Shown piece by piece: positions 1 through 8,469 of a stretch of 32,000 nucleotides of DNA (its first letter is position 1; every line of letters starts with the position of its first letter). Where the stretch lies: NCBI RefSeq assembly GCF_003086415.1, contig NZ_QEFP02000004.1, forward strand, positions 60,001 to 92,000, read 5' to 3'. Below the pieces are notes generated by a model. The model saw only the letters and a list, made by a program, of their open reading frames with translations. It did not search any database and was not told the DNA's origin. The stretch comes from Candidatus Nanobsidianus stetteri. GTDB taxonomy: Archaea; Nanobdellota; Nanobdellia; Nanobdellales; Nanobdellaceae. The translations under genes and the position numbers were made by a program.

Positions 1-46
1 TAGAAGAAATAATATTTAATAACTTTGTTAAAGTATATAATATAAA

Positions 47-98
47 TAATGATGAATAAATATAGGCTGAAAAATGATGTAGAACCCGGAAACTGATA
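47..98 (+). ncRNA. candidate C/D box sRNA (2'-O-methylation guide RNA)
   Basis: C box ATGATGA 49-55; 11-nt spacer; D' CTGA 67-70; 3-nt linker; C' ATGATGT 74-80; 12-nt spacer AGAACCCGGAAA, which is GC-rich in an AT-rich context; D box CTGA 93-96. This is the canonical archaeal C-12-D'-3-C'-12-D geometry. It is intergenic and ends a few nt before the xth ATG. Confidence 0.55.
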
Positions 99-100
99 AA

Positions 101-850
101 ATGAAGATTATATCATGGAATGTTAATGGATTAAAATCAATAATTCAAAAAGGTTTAATTGATTTTATTAAAAAATATAATGCAGATTTTTATCTATTTC
201 AAGAAATAAAAACAAAAGAAATACCATTAACTTTCCAATTTCTTGGATATAATGTATATTCATTTCCTGCAGAGAAAAAGGGATATAGTGGGGTACTAAC
301 ATTATCAAAAATAAAACCAAATAATATAAAATATGGAATTGGAATTGAGAAATTTGATATTGAAGGGAGGGTTATAACAATGGAATATGATAAATTTTAT
401 TTAATAAATGTATATTTTCCAAATGCTGGAGTTGGAACACTAAAAAGATTGGATTTTAAATTGGAATTTGATAAAGAATTTGAAAAATATGTATTATCTT
501 TAAATAAACCATGTATAATTTGTGGGGATTTTAATGTAGCACATAAAGATATTGATATATATGATCCAATAAATTTGAAGGGCTATGCAGGATTTACAGA
601 TGACGAAAGACGATGGTTTGATCATTTTTTATCTTTAGGATTTATTGATACATTTAGATATATAAAAGGAAATATAATAAAATATAGCTGGTTTTCATAT
701 TCAATTATTGCAAGAAAGAAAAATGAAGGATGGAGACTTGATTATTGTGTAGTAAGTAAAGAATTAAAAGATAAAATAGTTAATGCAGATATTTTAGATA
801 ATATATATGGATCAGATCACGTTCCAGTATTATTAGAAATAAATATATAA
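101..850 (+). CDS. xth: exodeoxyribonuclease III / AP endonuclease (ExoIII/EEP family)
   Basis: 249 aa. ExoIII motifs appear in order: SWNVNG, LFQEIK, GDFNVAH, SDHVPV. Confidence 0.9.
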   Translation: MKIISWNVNGLKSIIQKGLIDFIKKYNADFYLFQEIKTKEIPLTFQFLGYNVYSFPAEKKGYSGVLTLSKIKPNNIKYGIGIEKFDIEGRVITMEYDKFYLINVYFPNAGVGTLKRLDFKLEFDKEFEKYVLSLNKPCIICGDFNVAHKDIDIYDPINLKGYAGFTDDERRWFDHFLSLGFIDTFRYIKGNIIKYSWFSYSIIARKKNEGWRLDYCVVSKELKDKIVNADILDNIYGSDHVPVLLEINI

Positions 851-873
851 AAAATAAAAAACATTTTTTATTT

Positions 874-2424
874 ATGGGTATAACTTTGTTACCTGAAAAA
901 CCAAAAATTGAGATAAAGAGTGAAGAATTAAGAAAAATAATAAAATACGATAACGATGGTCTACCAATATTTCCATCATTTATTAATGGAGAATGGTATT
1001 ATGGAAATGGAGAATATATAACTATTAATACACCAATAGATTTATCACCTGTTGCAAAAGTTCCAAAAGTTCAATATGAAATTGTAGAGAGAGAAATTGA
1101 TAGATTATATAATGAAAGATTTAATGCGAGAAATTATTCAGGATATTTAAGGGTTGAAAAATTATTAAAAACTGCAGAATTATTAGAAAAATATTCGGAA
1201 GACTTTGCAAATTTATTAATTATAAATGCCGGAAAAACAAGAAAACAAGCTTTGGGAGAAATAGAATCTACAATTAATAGAATAAGAAATATTGAAATTG
1301 ATTATAGAAAAATTGCTGGAGAGTATTTACCAGGTGAATTTGGTAAAGATTATTTAGAATCCGAAGGAATTATAAAAAGAGAACCTTTAGGATTAGTTTT
1401 AGCAATAGCTCCATTTAACTATCCATTATTTGACTCTGTAAATAAAATAATATTTTCACTATTACCTGGAAATGTATTAATTATTAAACCTCCATCTTTA
1501 GATCCATTACCAGTAATATTATATATTAGGTTATTAGAATTGTCAGGTTTTCCAATGAAATATATATCATTAATAACAGTACCTGGAAAAGATATGAATA
1601 AAATAACACCAAATAAAAAGATATCTTCAATAATATTTACTGGATCCACAGAAACTGGAGAAGAAATAATAAAGAATTCTGGAATTAAACAATATTTAAT
1701 GGAATTGGGTGGAGGAGCTCCTGCATTTGTATTAAATGATGTTGATATAAATGATACAGCAAAAAGGGTTGCATCTGGTATTACATCATATTCTGGACAA
1801 AGATGTGATTCTATAAAAATAATATTTGTAGAAAAAGAAATATATGATAAATTTAAAGAAAAATTAATAGAAGAAATTTCAAAGGTAAAAATAGGAGATC
1901 CTAGAGATGATAATACAACATTTGGACCGATTGCAGATCCTAAGACTGTAGATGAATTTGTATATTCTATAGAAGATGCAAAACAAAAGGGAGGAAGAAT
2001 ATTATATGGAGGAAATAGATTAGATAAAACATATATTGAACCTACTTTAATAGAAGTTGATAAAGAAAATGTAGATAAATTATATTTATTTAATAAGGAA
2101 GTATTCTTATCTGTAGCATTATTAGTAAAAATAGATAATATAGATGAAGGATTAAAAATTATAGAAAAGAGAAGATATGGATTAGATGCCGCAATATTTG
2201 GAAATGACATAAATAAAATTAGAAAAATAGCGGAATATTTAGAAGTTGGGGCTGTATATATTAATGATATGCCAAGGCATGGAATTGGATATTATCCTTA
2301 TGGAGGTAGAAAAGATTCTGGAATTGGTAAAGAAGGATTAGGATATGGAATTGAATTTACTACAACATATAAATCAATAGTATACAATTATAAGGATAAA
2401 GGCATTTGGAATTATAAGATATAA
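874..2424 (+). CDS. gapN: aldehyde dehydrogenase family, likely non-phosphorylating glyceraldehyde-3-phosphate dehydrogenase (GAPN)
   Basis: 516 aa. ALDH catalytic motifs LMELGGGAP (Glu) and SGQRCDSIK (Cys) are present. The length and an archaeal glycolytic context (tpiA, PGI/PMI in the window) fit GAPN. Substrate specificity is inferred. Confidence 0.75.
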   Translation: MGITLLPEKPKIEIKSEELRKIIKYDNDGLPIFPSFINGEWYYGNGEYITINTPIDLSPVAKVPKVQYEIVEREIDRLYNERFNARNYSGYLRVEKLLKTAELLEKYSEDFANLLIINAGKTRKQALGEIESTINRIRNIEIDYRKIAGEYLPGEFGKDYLESEGIIKREPLGLVLAIAPFNYPLFDSVNKIIFSLLPGNVLIIKPPSLDPLPVILYIRLLELSGFPMKYISLITVPGKDMNKITPNKKISSIIFTGSTETGEEIIKNSGIKQYLMELGGGAPAFVLNDVDINDTAKRVASGITSYSGQRCDSIKIIFVEKEIYDKFKEKLIEEISKVKIGDPRDDNTTFGPIADPKTVDEFVYSIEDAKQKGGRILYGGNRLDKTYIEPTLIEVDKENVDKLYLFNKEVFLSVALLVKIDNIDEGLKIIEKRRYGLDAAIFGNDINKIRKIAEYLEVGAVYINDMPRHGIGYYPYGGRKDSGIGKEGLGYGIEFTTTYKSIVYNYKDKGIWNYKI

Positions 2425-2575
2425 TTTTTGTAATTAATTTTAGATCATTTGCAACGAAATTATTTTTATAAATACTAAAATTTATTATAGAAAATTAGTA
2501 ACGATTATTTATATGTAAATTTGAGCAATTTGCATATATCAAAAGGTTTATATTCTTGATATTGAATATGCTACA

Positions 2576-3106
2576 ATGATTGGTTTTCATCATTACATAT
2601 ATAATATGGACGTACGTAGTGATATGGCTGAACTAGTACTAAATTATTTACCACAAGGTGGAGTAGCTGCTGATCTTGGTTGTGGAGCAGGTAGGTTTTG
2701 TAAGGTGTTATTAAATAAAGCTAGCAAAGTTTACTGCGTAGATATAAATGACTATGCAATTAATATGGCAAAAGAAAATATTAAGGATGAAAGGGCTATA
2801 TTTTTAAATGAAGATGCTTCATCAACATCAATACCTAATAGCTCTGTAGATCTAGTAATAATGGTTAATGCATTCCATGATATGGAGAATAAAAATAAGG
2901 TAGCTTTAGAAGTAAGTAGAATTCTTAAACCAGGTGGTTTAGTTTTAATTATAGAATCTAAACCAGGTTTAGCATCGTATGGACCACCTCCATGGTTAAG
3001 AATGAGTCCAGATGACGTAATTAAATACTTCAATAATCCTCAATTTAAAGTAGAAGGTATAAAGGACTTGGGTGATTTTAACGCTATATTAATTAAAAAG
3101 ATTTGA
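2576..3106 (+). CDS. class I SAM-dependent methyltransferase
   Basis: 176 aa. Motif I is VAADLGCGAGRF and a post-I acidic residue lies in VYCVDIND. Methyltransf_11-like layout. The true start may be a downstream Met. Confidence 0.8.
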   Translation: MIGFHHYIYNMDVRSDMAELVLNYLPQGGVAADLGCGAGRFCKVLLNKASKVYCVDINDYAINMAKENIKDERAIFLNEDASSTSIPNSSVDLVIMVNAFHDMENKNKVALEVSRILKPGGLVLIIESKPGLASYGPPPWLRMSPDDVIKYFNNPQFKVEGIKDLGDFNAILIKKI

Positions 3107-3186
3107 TCTTTTTAGCTATAAAAATTTTGATCAATATAAAAGAATGAAAAATAATTTTTAAGTACAATTTAGATAAATAATTTATA

Positions 3187-4278
3187 ATGAAAAAAGTAGG
3201 TGATGTAGAATTAAGATTGGCAAAAGGACCTGTTCCACATTATAAAGAATTAAAAGAATTAGAAAGAAGTATAGTAAAAGTAATTATTGAAGAATTTGGG
3301 ACAGAGGAATTAATAAAAAGATATTCAAACCCATTATGGTTCAATTCTTTAGCATGTTTACTCGGATTTGAATGGAATTATTCTGGAATGACTACTGTAA
3401 CACTAAAAGCATTAAAAGAAATATCTATAGAAGATAATTTACCAATAATTGTTTTGGGAGGAAAGGGAAAAGATTCAAAAATAACTGAAGAAGTAGAAAC
3501 TAAAGATATAAAAGATAAATTAAAAGACAAAATAAAGGATGTATCAATAACTTCTGCAAAGGTTGATAATTATTTAATTCAAGATGGATATAATTTATAT
3601 TTTCATTTTTTAATTTCTGATGATAGAGGTAATATGACCATTATAAATCAAAAGATGTCAATAAAAGAACAAAAAGTTAGAAGATTTCACTGGATAAATA
3701 TAAATTATTTTGATGATTCCCAAATTGGTTTTGGATCAAATACAAAAACATTAAATTTATCATCAAAAGAATCTGAAGAATTAAGAAAGAATATTTTAGA
3801 AATAATTAATAATGAAAGAACAGAAAAAATAAAAGAATATATAATAAGATTAAAATCATATCAAAATAAAAATAATACTATATTAAAATATATTAGTAAA
3901 GAAAATAATGATTATATATTTTATCAAGAATTGCCTTACTATTTAAAGATACCCGATAAAATATATTGGAAAGCATTGGAAATTAATAGAACTGTAGAAA
4001 ATTTCAAAGATTTATTATTTATAAAAGGTCTTGGACCTGGATTATTAAGAGCACTAGCATATACTGCAAAAATAATATATGGAAGTGAATTATCATGGAG
4101 GGATCCTATAATATATACATTCGCACATGGGACAAAGGTCGGAAAACCATATTATGTTAAAAGAGCATTAATGTTAGAAGAAGCAGAATTATTAAGAAAT
4201 GCAATTGAAGAAGCAAAAGTTAATAATAATTTTAAGTTAAGATCTTTGAGAAAATTAAATGAATTAATAGATATATGA
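3187..4278 (+). CDS. DUF763 family protein (function unknown), C-terminal helix-hairpin-helix-like motif
   Basis: 363 aa. DUF763-type blocks: PLWFNSLACLLGFEWNYSGMTT, VRRFHW and DPIIYTFAHGTKVGKPYYV. FIKGLGPGLLRALAY fits an HhH GxG pattern. Confidence 0.7.
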   Translation: MKKVGDVELRLAKGPVPHYKELKELERSIVKVIIEEFGTEELIKRYSNPLWFNSLACLLGFEWNYSGMTTVTLKALKEISIEDNLPIIVLGGKGKDSKITEEVETKDIKDKLKDKIKDVSITSAKVDNYLIQDGYNLYFHFLISDDRGNMTIINQKMSIKEQKVRRFHWININYFDDSQIGFGSNTKTLNLSSKESEELRKNILEIINNERTEKIKEYIIRLKSYQNKNNTILKYISKENNDYIFYQELPYYLKIPDKIYWKALEINRTVENFKDLLFIKGLGPGLLRALAYTAKIIYGSELSWRDPIIYTFAHGTKVGKPYYVKRALMLEEAELLRNAIEEAKVNNNFKLRSLRKLNELIDI

Positions 4279-4313
4279 TAAATTTATAAAATAAAGATGT
4301 TATATATTATTAA

Positions 4314-5018
4314 ATGGCTGAGGAAATTTTAAGTGAAGAAGACAAAAAAGCATTAAAAGAAATGTTTGATAAAAGTTTAAAAAATCCGGTAGAAATAACT
4401 GTATACTTAGATGAAAAAAATAATAAGGAAACAAGTGATTTTGCAAAGAAAATTGGAGAAGTATTAATGCAAATAAATGATAAGATAAAGTTTGAATTCT
4501 TAGATGCATATGATCCAAAGGTAGAAGAAGAAATGAAAAGTAAAAATTTATTAATAGATAAGTATGGAAATAGGAGAGGTCCAATATTTGTATTCAAAAA
4601 ATATCCTGGGATTATATATTATGGATTGCCATCTGGAGAAGAATTTCCAATATTTTTAGAAGATATAATACATGTATCAAATGACCATTTTGACATAGAT
4701 GGAGCTACAGCAAAGAAATTAGCATCAATAAATGAACCAATAGATATATACGTATTTGTAACCCCAACATGTCCATATTGTCCATATATGACACATCATT
4801 CCCATCAATTTGCAATGGTAAAAAATAATATTAGAGGTATAATGATAGAATCATATGAATTTCCAGAATTTGCTGAAAAATTCAAAGTATATGGTGTACC
4901 ACATATTGCAATAATAAATAAAGATGGAAATGTTTTAACAGAATGGGAGGGGGCTATTGGAGAAATGGAAATATTTGCTAATAAAATAAAAGAAAGTTTA
5001 GAAAAAGCTTCTAAATAA
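4314..5018 (+). CDS. protein disulfide oxidoreductase (PDO, two thioredoxin-fold units) with a single CPYC site
   Basis: 234 aa, the size of archaeal PDOs. The only cysteines are C153 and C156 (TPTCPYCPY) in the C-terminal unit. GVPHIAI supplies the cis-Pro region. A thioredoxin reductase lies two genes downstream. Confidence 0.75.
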   Translation: MAEEILSEEDKKALKEMFDKSLKNPVEITVYLDEKNNKETSDFAKKIGEVLMQINDKIKFEFLDAYDPKVEEEMKSKNLLIDKYGNRRGPIFVFKKYPGIIYYGLPSGEEFPIFLEDIIHVSNDHFDIDGATAKKLASINEPIDIYVFVTPTCPYCPYMTHHSHQFAMVKNNIRGIMIESYEFPEFAEKFKVYGVPHIAIINKDGNVLTEWEGAIGEMEIFANKIKESLEKASK

Positions 5019-5054
5019 TTATATTTTTATAAATTTTAACATACATATTGGATT

Positions 5055-5513
5055 TTGATGTTGTATAGATATAAATTATCTACTATAGAAAATGGGCCAA
5101 TAACTGCAATAAGTTCTGACCTATATATTGTTAACATACCCAGAGCTTCATATCTAAATATTGAAAATTTAGAAAACTCAGTTGAAGTAATTGGTAGCAT
5201 TTATGTTCCTGAGAAGTCTTACAAAGAAATTATAGATAATTTATCTAAATATAATAAAAGATTATCTTATTCATATGGAGTAAAGGGATCTATTGTTGAC
5301 ATCTATTATGGAAGATATCAAGATAATAAATTAGAAGAAAATATAAAAGGAAAACCAGTAGAAATATTACCAGATCGTGACTTAGACTTAGATAATAAAA
5401 TAGAGATGATAACAAATGATTGGAATTTATATCAATTAGCAAATAACGGAAAAGGTCTTGATATGATAGTTAAAATACCTATTTTCCAAGATTATCAAAG
5501 ATTACATTTATAA
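5055..5513 (+). CDS. hypothetical protein
   Basis: 152-aa ORF in the same orientation between PDO and trxB. No motif recognised. The ATG at 5058 is a more likely start than the TTG at 5055. Confidence 0.45.
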   Translation: MMLYRYKLSTIENGPITAISSDLYIVNIPRASYLNIENLENSVEVIGSIYVPEKSYKEIIDNLSKYNKRLSYSYGVKGSIVDIYYGRYQDNKLEENIKGKPVEILPDRDLDLDNKIEMITNDWNLYQLANNGKGLDMIVKIPIFQDYQRLHL

Positions 5514-5535
5514 AAATTTTTGAATAAATTTTTTT

Positions 5536-6507
5536 ATGCCAATAAGTTTATCACTGGGTAATATATCAAATGTAGAGAATTTAGATAAAGAATGGGATGT
5601 AATTATTGTTGGAGGAGGTCCCGCGGGTTATACTGCTGCATTATACTCTGGAAGATATAGATTGAAAACATTGGTAATAACAAAAGATGTTGGAGGAACA
5701 TTAAATGAGGCAAACGTTATTGATGATTATCCTGGATTGGAAAACTTTAAAGGACCCGAAATGGGAAAATTATTTAAAAAACATGCAGAAAAATATGGGG
5801 CAAAAACATTGATAGAAAGTGTTGTTAGAATTGAAAAATTACCTGATGGAAACTTTAAAGTTCTTACAAATTTAGGTAAAGAATTTATTGCAAAAGCAGT
5901 TATAATTGCAACAGGTTCTCAAAGAAGAAAACTAGGTGTTCCTGGAGAGAATTTGAAAGGTGTATCATATTGTGCAGAATGTGATGCTCCACTTTTTAAG
6001 GATAAAATTGTTGGAGTAGTTGGAGGAGGAAATAGTGCGTTCCATGATGCTCAAGTACTTGCTCAACATGCAAAGGAAGTATATATAATTCATAGAAGAG
6101 ATGAATTTAGAGCAGATCCTGTAGAAGTTGAAGAAGCAAAAAAGAATCCAAAAATTAAATTTATACTAAATAAAGTTGTAAAAGAAATAAAAGGAACAGA
6201 AAAAGTTGAAGAAGTAGTTTTACAAGATACAAAGACTGGAGAAATAAGTTCAATGAAATTGGATGGTTTATTTGTAGCAATAGGATTAGTTCCATTATCT
6301 GAAATAGTTAAAGGTTTAAATGTAAATATGGATGAAAGCGGGCATATAGTTGTAGATCAATGTGGAAAAACAAACGTAGTAGGATTACTTGCTGCAGGGG
6401 ACGTAACAACACAAATATGTAATTTAAGACAGGTTGTTACTTCAGCAGCACAAGGTGCTGTAGCTGCATATAGTGCTTTCCTATATATTAAAACAAAAAA
6501 GTGGTAA
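5536..6507 (+). CDS. trxB: thioredoxin-disulfide reductase
   Basis: 323 aa. FAD motif VIIVGGGPAGYTAA, redox-active CAEC (SYCAECDA), NADPH motif GGGNSAFHDA...HRRDEFR and C-terminal AAGDV. Confidence 0.9.
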   Translation: MPISLSLGNISNVENLDKEWDVIIVGGGPAGYTAALYSGRYRLKTLVITKDVGGTLNEANVIDDYPGLENFKGPEMGKLFKKHAEKYGAKTLIESVVRIEKLPDGNFKVLTNLGKEFIAKAVIIATGSQRRKLGVPGENLKGVSYCAECDAPLFKDKIVGVVGGGNSAFHDAQVLAQHAKEVYIIHRRDEFRADPVEVEEAKKNPKIKFILNKVVKEIKGTEKVEEVVLQDTKTGEISSMKLDGLFVAIGLVPLSEIVKGLNVNMDESGHIVVDQCGKTNVVGLLAAGDVTTQICNLRQVVTSAAQGAVAAYSAFLYIKTKKW

Positions 6508-6797
6508 AAATTGAAGATATATTAAACAAATTAAGAGAAGTAACAGATCCAGAACTTGGATATGATATTGTATCTTTAGGAGAAATAGAAGATGTTAAAG
6601 TAGAAAATGGGTTGTATATTATAAAATTTTTGCCTACTTCTCCTCTTTGCCCATTTATATCTGCAATTTTAGAACAAATAGATGAAAAATTGAAAGAATT
6701 AAATATATATGAAAATTCAAAGATAGAGATAGATTTTGAAAATAAATGGAGTTTAGATAGAATAAGCCCAGAAGTAAGAAAACAATTGGGAATATAA
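6501..6797 (+). CDS. DUF59 / MIP18-SufT-like Fe-S assembly protein
   Basis: 98 aa. DPELGYDIVSLGEI plus the conserved TSPLCP cysteine. A GTG start overlaps the trxB stop by 7 nt. Confidence 0.8.
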   Translation: MVKIEDILNKLREVTDPELGYDIVSLGEIEDVKVENGLYIIKFLPTSPLCPFISAILEQIDEKLKELNIYENSKIEIDFENKWSLDRISPEVRKQLGI

Positions 6798-7165
6798 TGG
6801 AAAATAAGATTAAAAAAGAATTTGAAATGTTTTGTAAAATAAGTGGGGGAGAATATAGAGAAGGAACATATATAGAATGTGTAAGAGATAAATATTATAT
6901 TAGATTATCTGAAGAAAATGGATTAACATTTATGGCGGGTTCAAATATAACTTCCGATTTCGAAATATTAAACATAAAAGATTGTAAAATAATTGATTGC
7001 GAAAGGCTAACAAAAAATAATGAAATGAATGAATTGGAATATTATATATTTAATATTTATTTAGATAAGGGTTTATTATCAATAAGAAGAAAAATAAAAG
7101 AAGATAAAATTATTGTATATTTAAAGACTTCAGATATTGAATATGAATCTTCAATAGTATTTTAA
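6797..7165 (+). CDS. hypothetical protein
   Basis: 122-aa ORF whose ATG overlaps the DUF59 stop (ATAATG), implying translational coupling. No motif recognised. Confidence 0.45.
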   Translation: MENKIKKEFEMFCKISGGEYREGTYIECVRDKYYIRLSEENGLTFMAGSNITSDFEILNIKDCKIIDCERLTKNNEMNELEYYIFNIYLDKGLLSIRRKIKEDKIIVYLKTSDIEYESSIVF

Positions 7166-7167
7166 AA
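7161..7167 (+). promoter_or_regulatory. TATA-like box for tRNA-Val
   Basis: TTTAAAA is centred about 28 nt upstream of the mature tRNA 5' end (7192). The call is positional only, and TATA-like strings are common in this AT-rich DNA. Confidence 0.3.
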
Positions 7168-7191
7168 TTTTTACAAAAATATTAAATGAAA

Positions 7192-7264
7192 GGGACCGTG
7201 GTCTAGTGGCTATGACGCCACCCTTACAAGGTGGAGGTCCGGGGTTCAAATCCCCGCGGTCCCA
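7192..7264 (+). tRNA. tRNA-Val (anticodon UAC)
   Basis: The cloverleaf was folded by hand. Acceptor GGGACCG/CGGTCCC, anticodon stem CCACC/GGTGG, loop CTTACAA, T arm CGGGG-TTCAAAT-CCCCG, discriminator A. No encoded CCA and no intron. Confidence 0.95.
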
Positions 7265-7296
7265 AAATTTATAAATAATTTTTATAAAAATCTTAC

Positions 7297-8070
7297 ATGC
7301 TAGAAATATCATTATTAGAAAAATCTACTGATAAATATGCAGTCGATAAAGATAAGAAAATATATAAGTTAAAATTATTGATAAGGGATGTAACCCCGAA
7401 TTTCCTAAATGTTTTAAGAAGAGCAATCTTAGAAGAAGTAAAAACATTGGCAATTGAGGATGTTTATATTATAGAAAACAATTCTGCAATGTGGGATGAA
7501 ATGATAGCACATAGATTGGGTTTAGTTGTATTAAATACCCCTGAAAATATTAAAGAAAATGAAGAAATAAAACTTTATTTGGAAAAAAATGAAAAAGGAT
7601 ATATATATGGTTCTGATTTAAAGACAGATAGAAAAGATGTATATGTAGTTTATCCGGAAACAATGATCGCATATATTGATGAAAATCAAAAAGTAAAATT
7701 AGAAGCTGTTGCAATACTTGGTAATGGAAAACAGCATGCAAAATTCATACCTGGACATGTTTATTATTATAGAACTGGAGAATTGAAATTGGAAGGAAAA
7801 CTAGATGAAAAGGAATTAGAGAATTTAAAATTATTAGGAGTAGAGATAAAGAAAAATAAAGTACAGATACCAAAAGAAAAAGAATATGATAGAACCTTTT
7901 TGGATGCAATAGAAAGAGCATCAAATGAAAAAATAAAGGTTATACCGAAGGATGAATTTGTCTTTGTTATAGAATCCTTTGGTCAATATTCAGCAGAAAA
8001 ATTAATACCATTGGCTATTAAAGAATTGCAAAATAAATTAAATAATTTGTTAGAATTTTTATCTAAATAA
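7297..8070 (+). CDS. rpoD: DNA-directed RNA polymerase subunit D (Rpo3)
   Basis: 257 aa. Signature blocks are NVLRRAILEEVKTLAIEDVYIIENNS and DEMIAHRLGLV. The protein contains no cysteine, so the Fe-S domain seen in some archaeal D subunits is absent. Confidence 0.85.
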   Translation: MLEISLLEKSTDKYAVDKDKKIYKLKLLIRDVTPNFLNVLRRAILEEVKTLAIEDVYIIENNSAMWDEMIAHRLGLVVLNTPENIKENEEIKLYLEKNEKGYIYGSDLKTDRKDVYVVYPETMIAYIDENQKVKLEAVAILGNGKQHAKFIPGHVYYYRTGELKLEGKLDEKELENLKLLGVEIKKNKVQIPKEKEYDRTFLDAIERASNEKIKVIPKDEFVFVIESFGQYSAEKLIPLAIKELQNKLNNLLEFLSK

Positions 8071-8100
8071 ACTTATAAATAAATATTATATAATTTATTA

Positions 8101-8436
8101 ATGGATTGGAGAAAGGTTGTTTTAGTTTCTGTATTTTCTGTATTAGTATCTTTTTTATCGGGAATAGGAATGGCAATAGCACTATCATTACTAATATATA
8201 TGTTAGTAAAAGGTATGGATAAATGCATTTTATCAAATCTAGGATTAGTATTAGAATTTGCAGGACTTCTAATATATATAATGGGAACTCTATTACAACC
8301 AGTATATTCAAATACACAATCAATAATGCAAACTGGAGTTTATCTATTAATAGGAGGTCTTGTATTATTATTAATAGGAATGCTAGTAGTTATGTTGGTT
8401 AAAAACAAGGTAAAGGAAAATATATACGAAGTATAG
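8101..8436 (+). CDS. small integral membrane protein (3-4 predicted TM helices)
   Basis: 111 aa made of consecutive hydrophobic stretches (VVLVSVFSVLVSFLSGIGMAIALSLLIYML, LGLVLEFAGLLIYIMG, VYLLIGGLVLLLIGMLVVML). No family recognised. Confidence 0.55.
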   Translation: MDWRKVVLVSVFSVLVSFLSGIGMAIALSLLIYMLVKGMDKCILSNLGLVLEFAGLLIYIMGTLLQPVYSNTQSIMQTGVYLLIGGLVLLLIGMLVVMLVKNKVKENIYEV

Positions 8437-8469
8437 TCTTTTATATATTTTTTATATATATATTTTTGA

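Noticed and set aside
1419-2210. 263-aa minus-strand ORF antisense to gapN. Similar antisense or out-of-frame ORFs occur at 2752-3033, 4300-4597, 7550-7741, 8063-8323, 8910-9146, 9728-10109, 13622-14064, 16070-16840, 17674-17880, 19044-19241, 19953-20534, 27377-27616, 28143-28409 and 29782-29967.
   Set aside because: These are shadow ORFs inside genes that have strong family motifs on the other strand or frame. Their translations are low-complexity (S/N/I/F/L-rich), as expected from reading AT-rich codons backwards, and none carries a recognisable motif.
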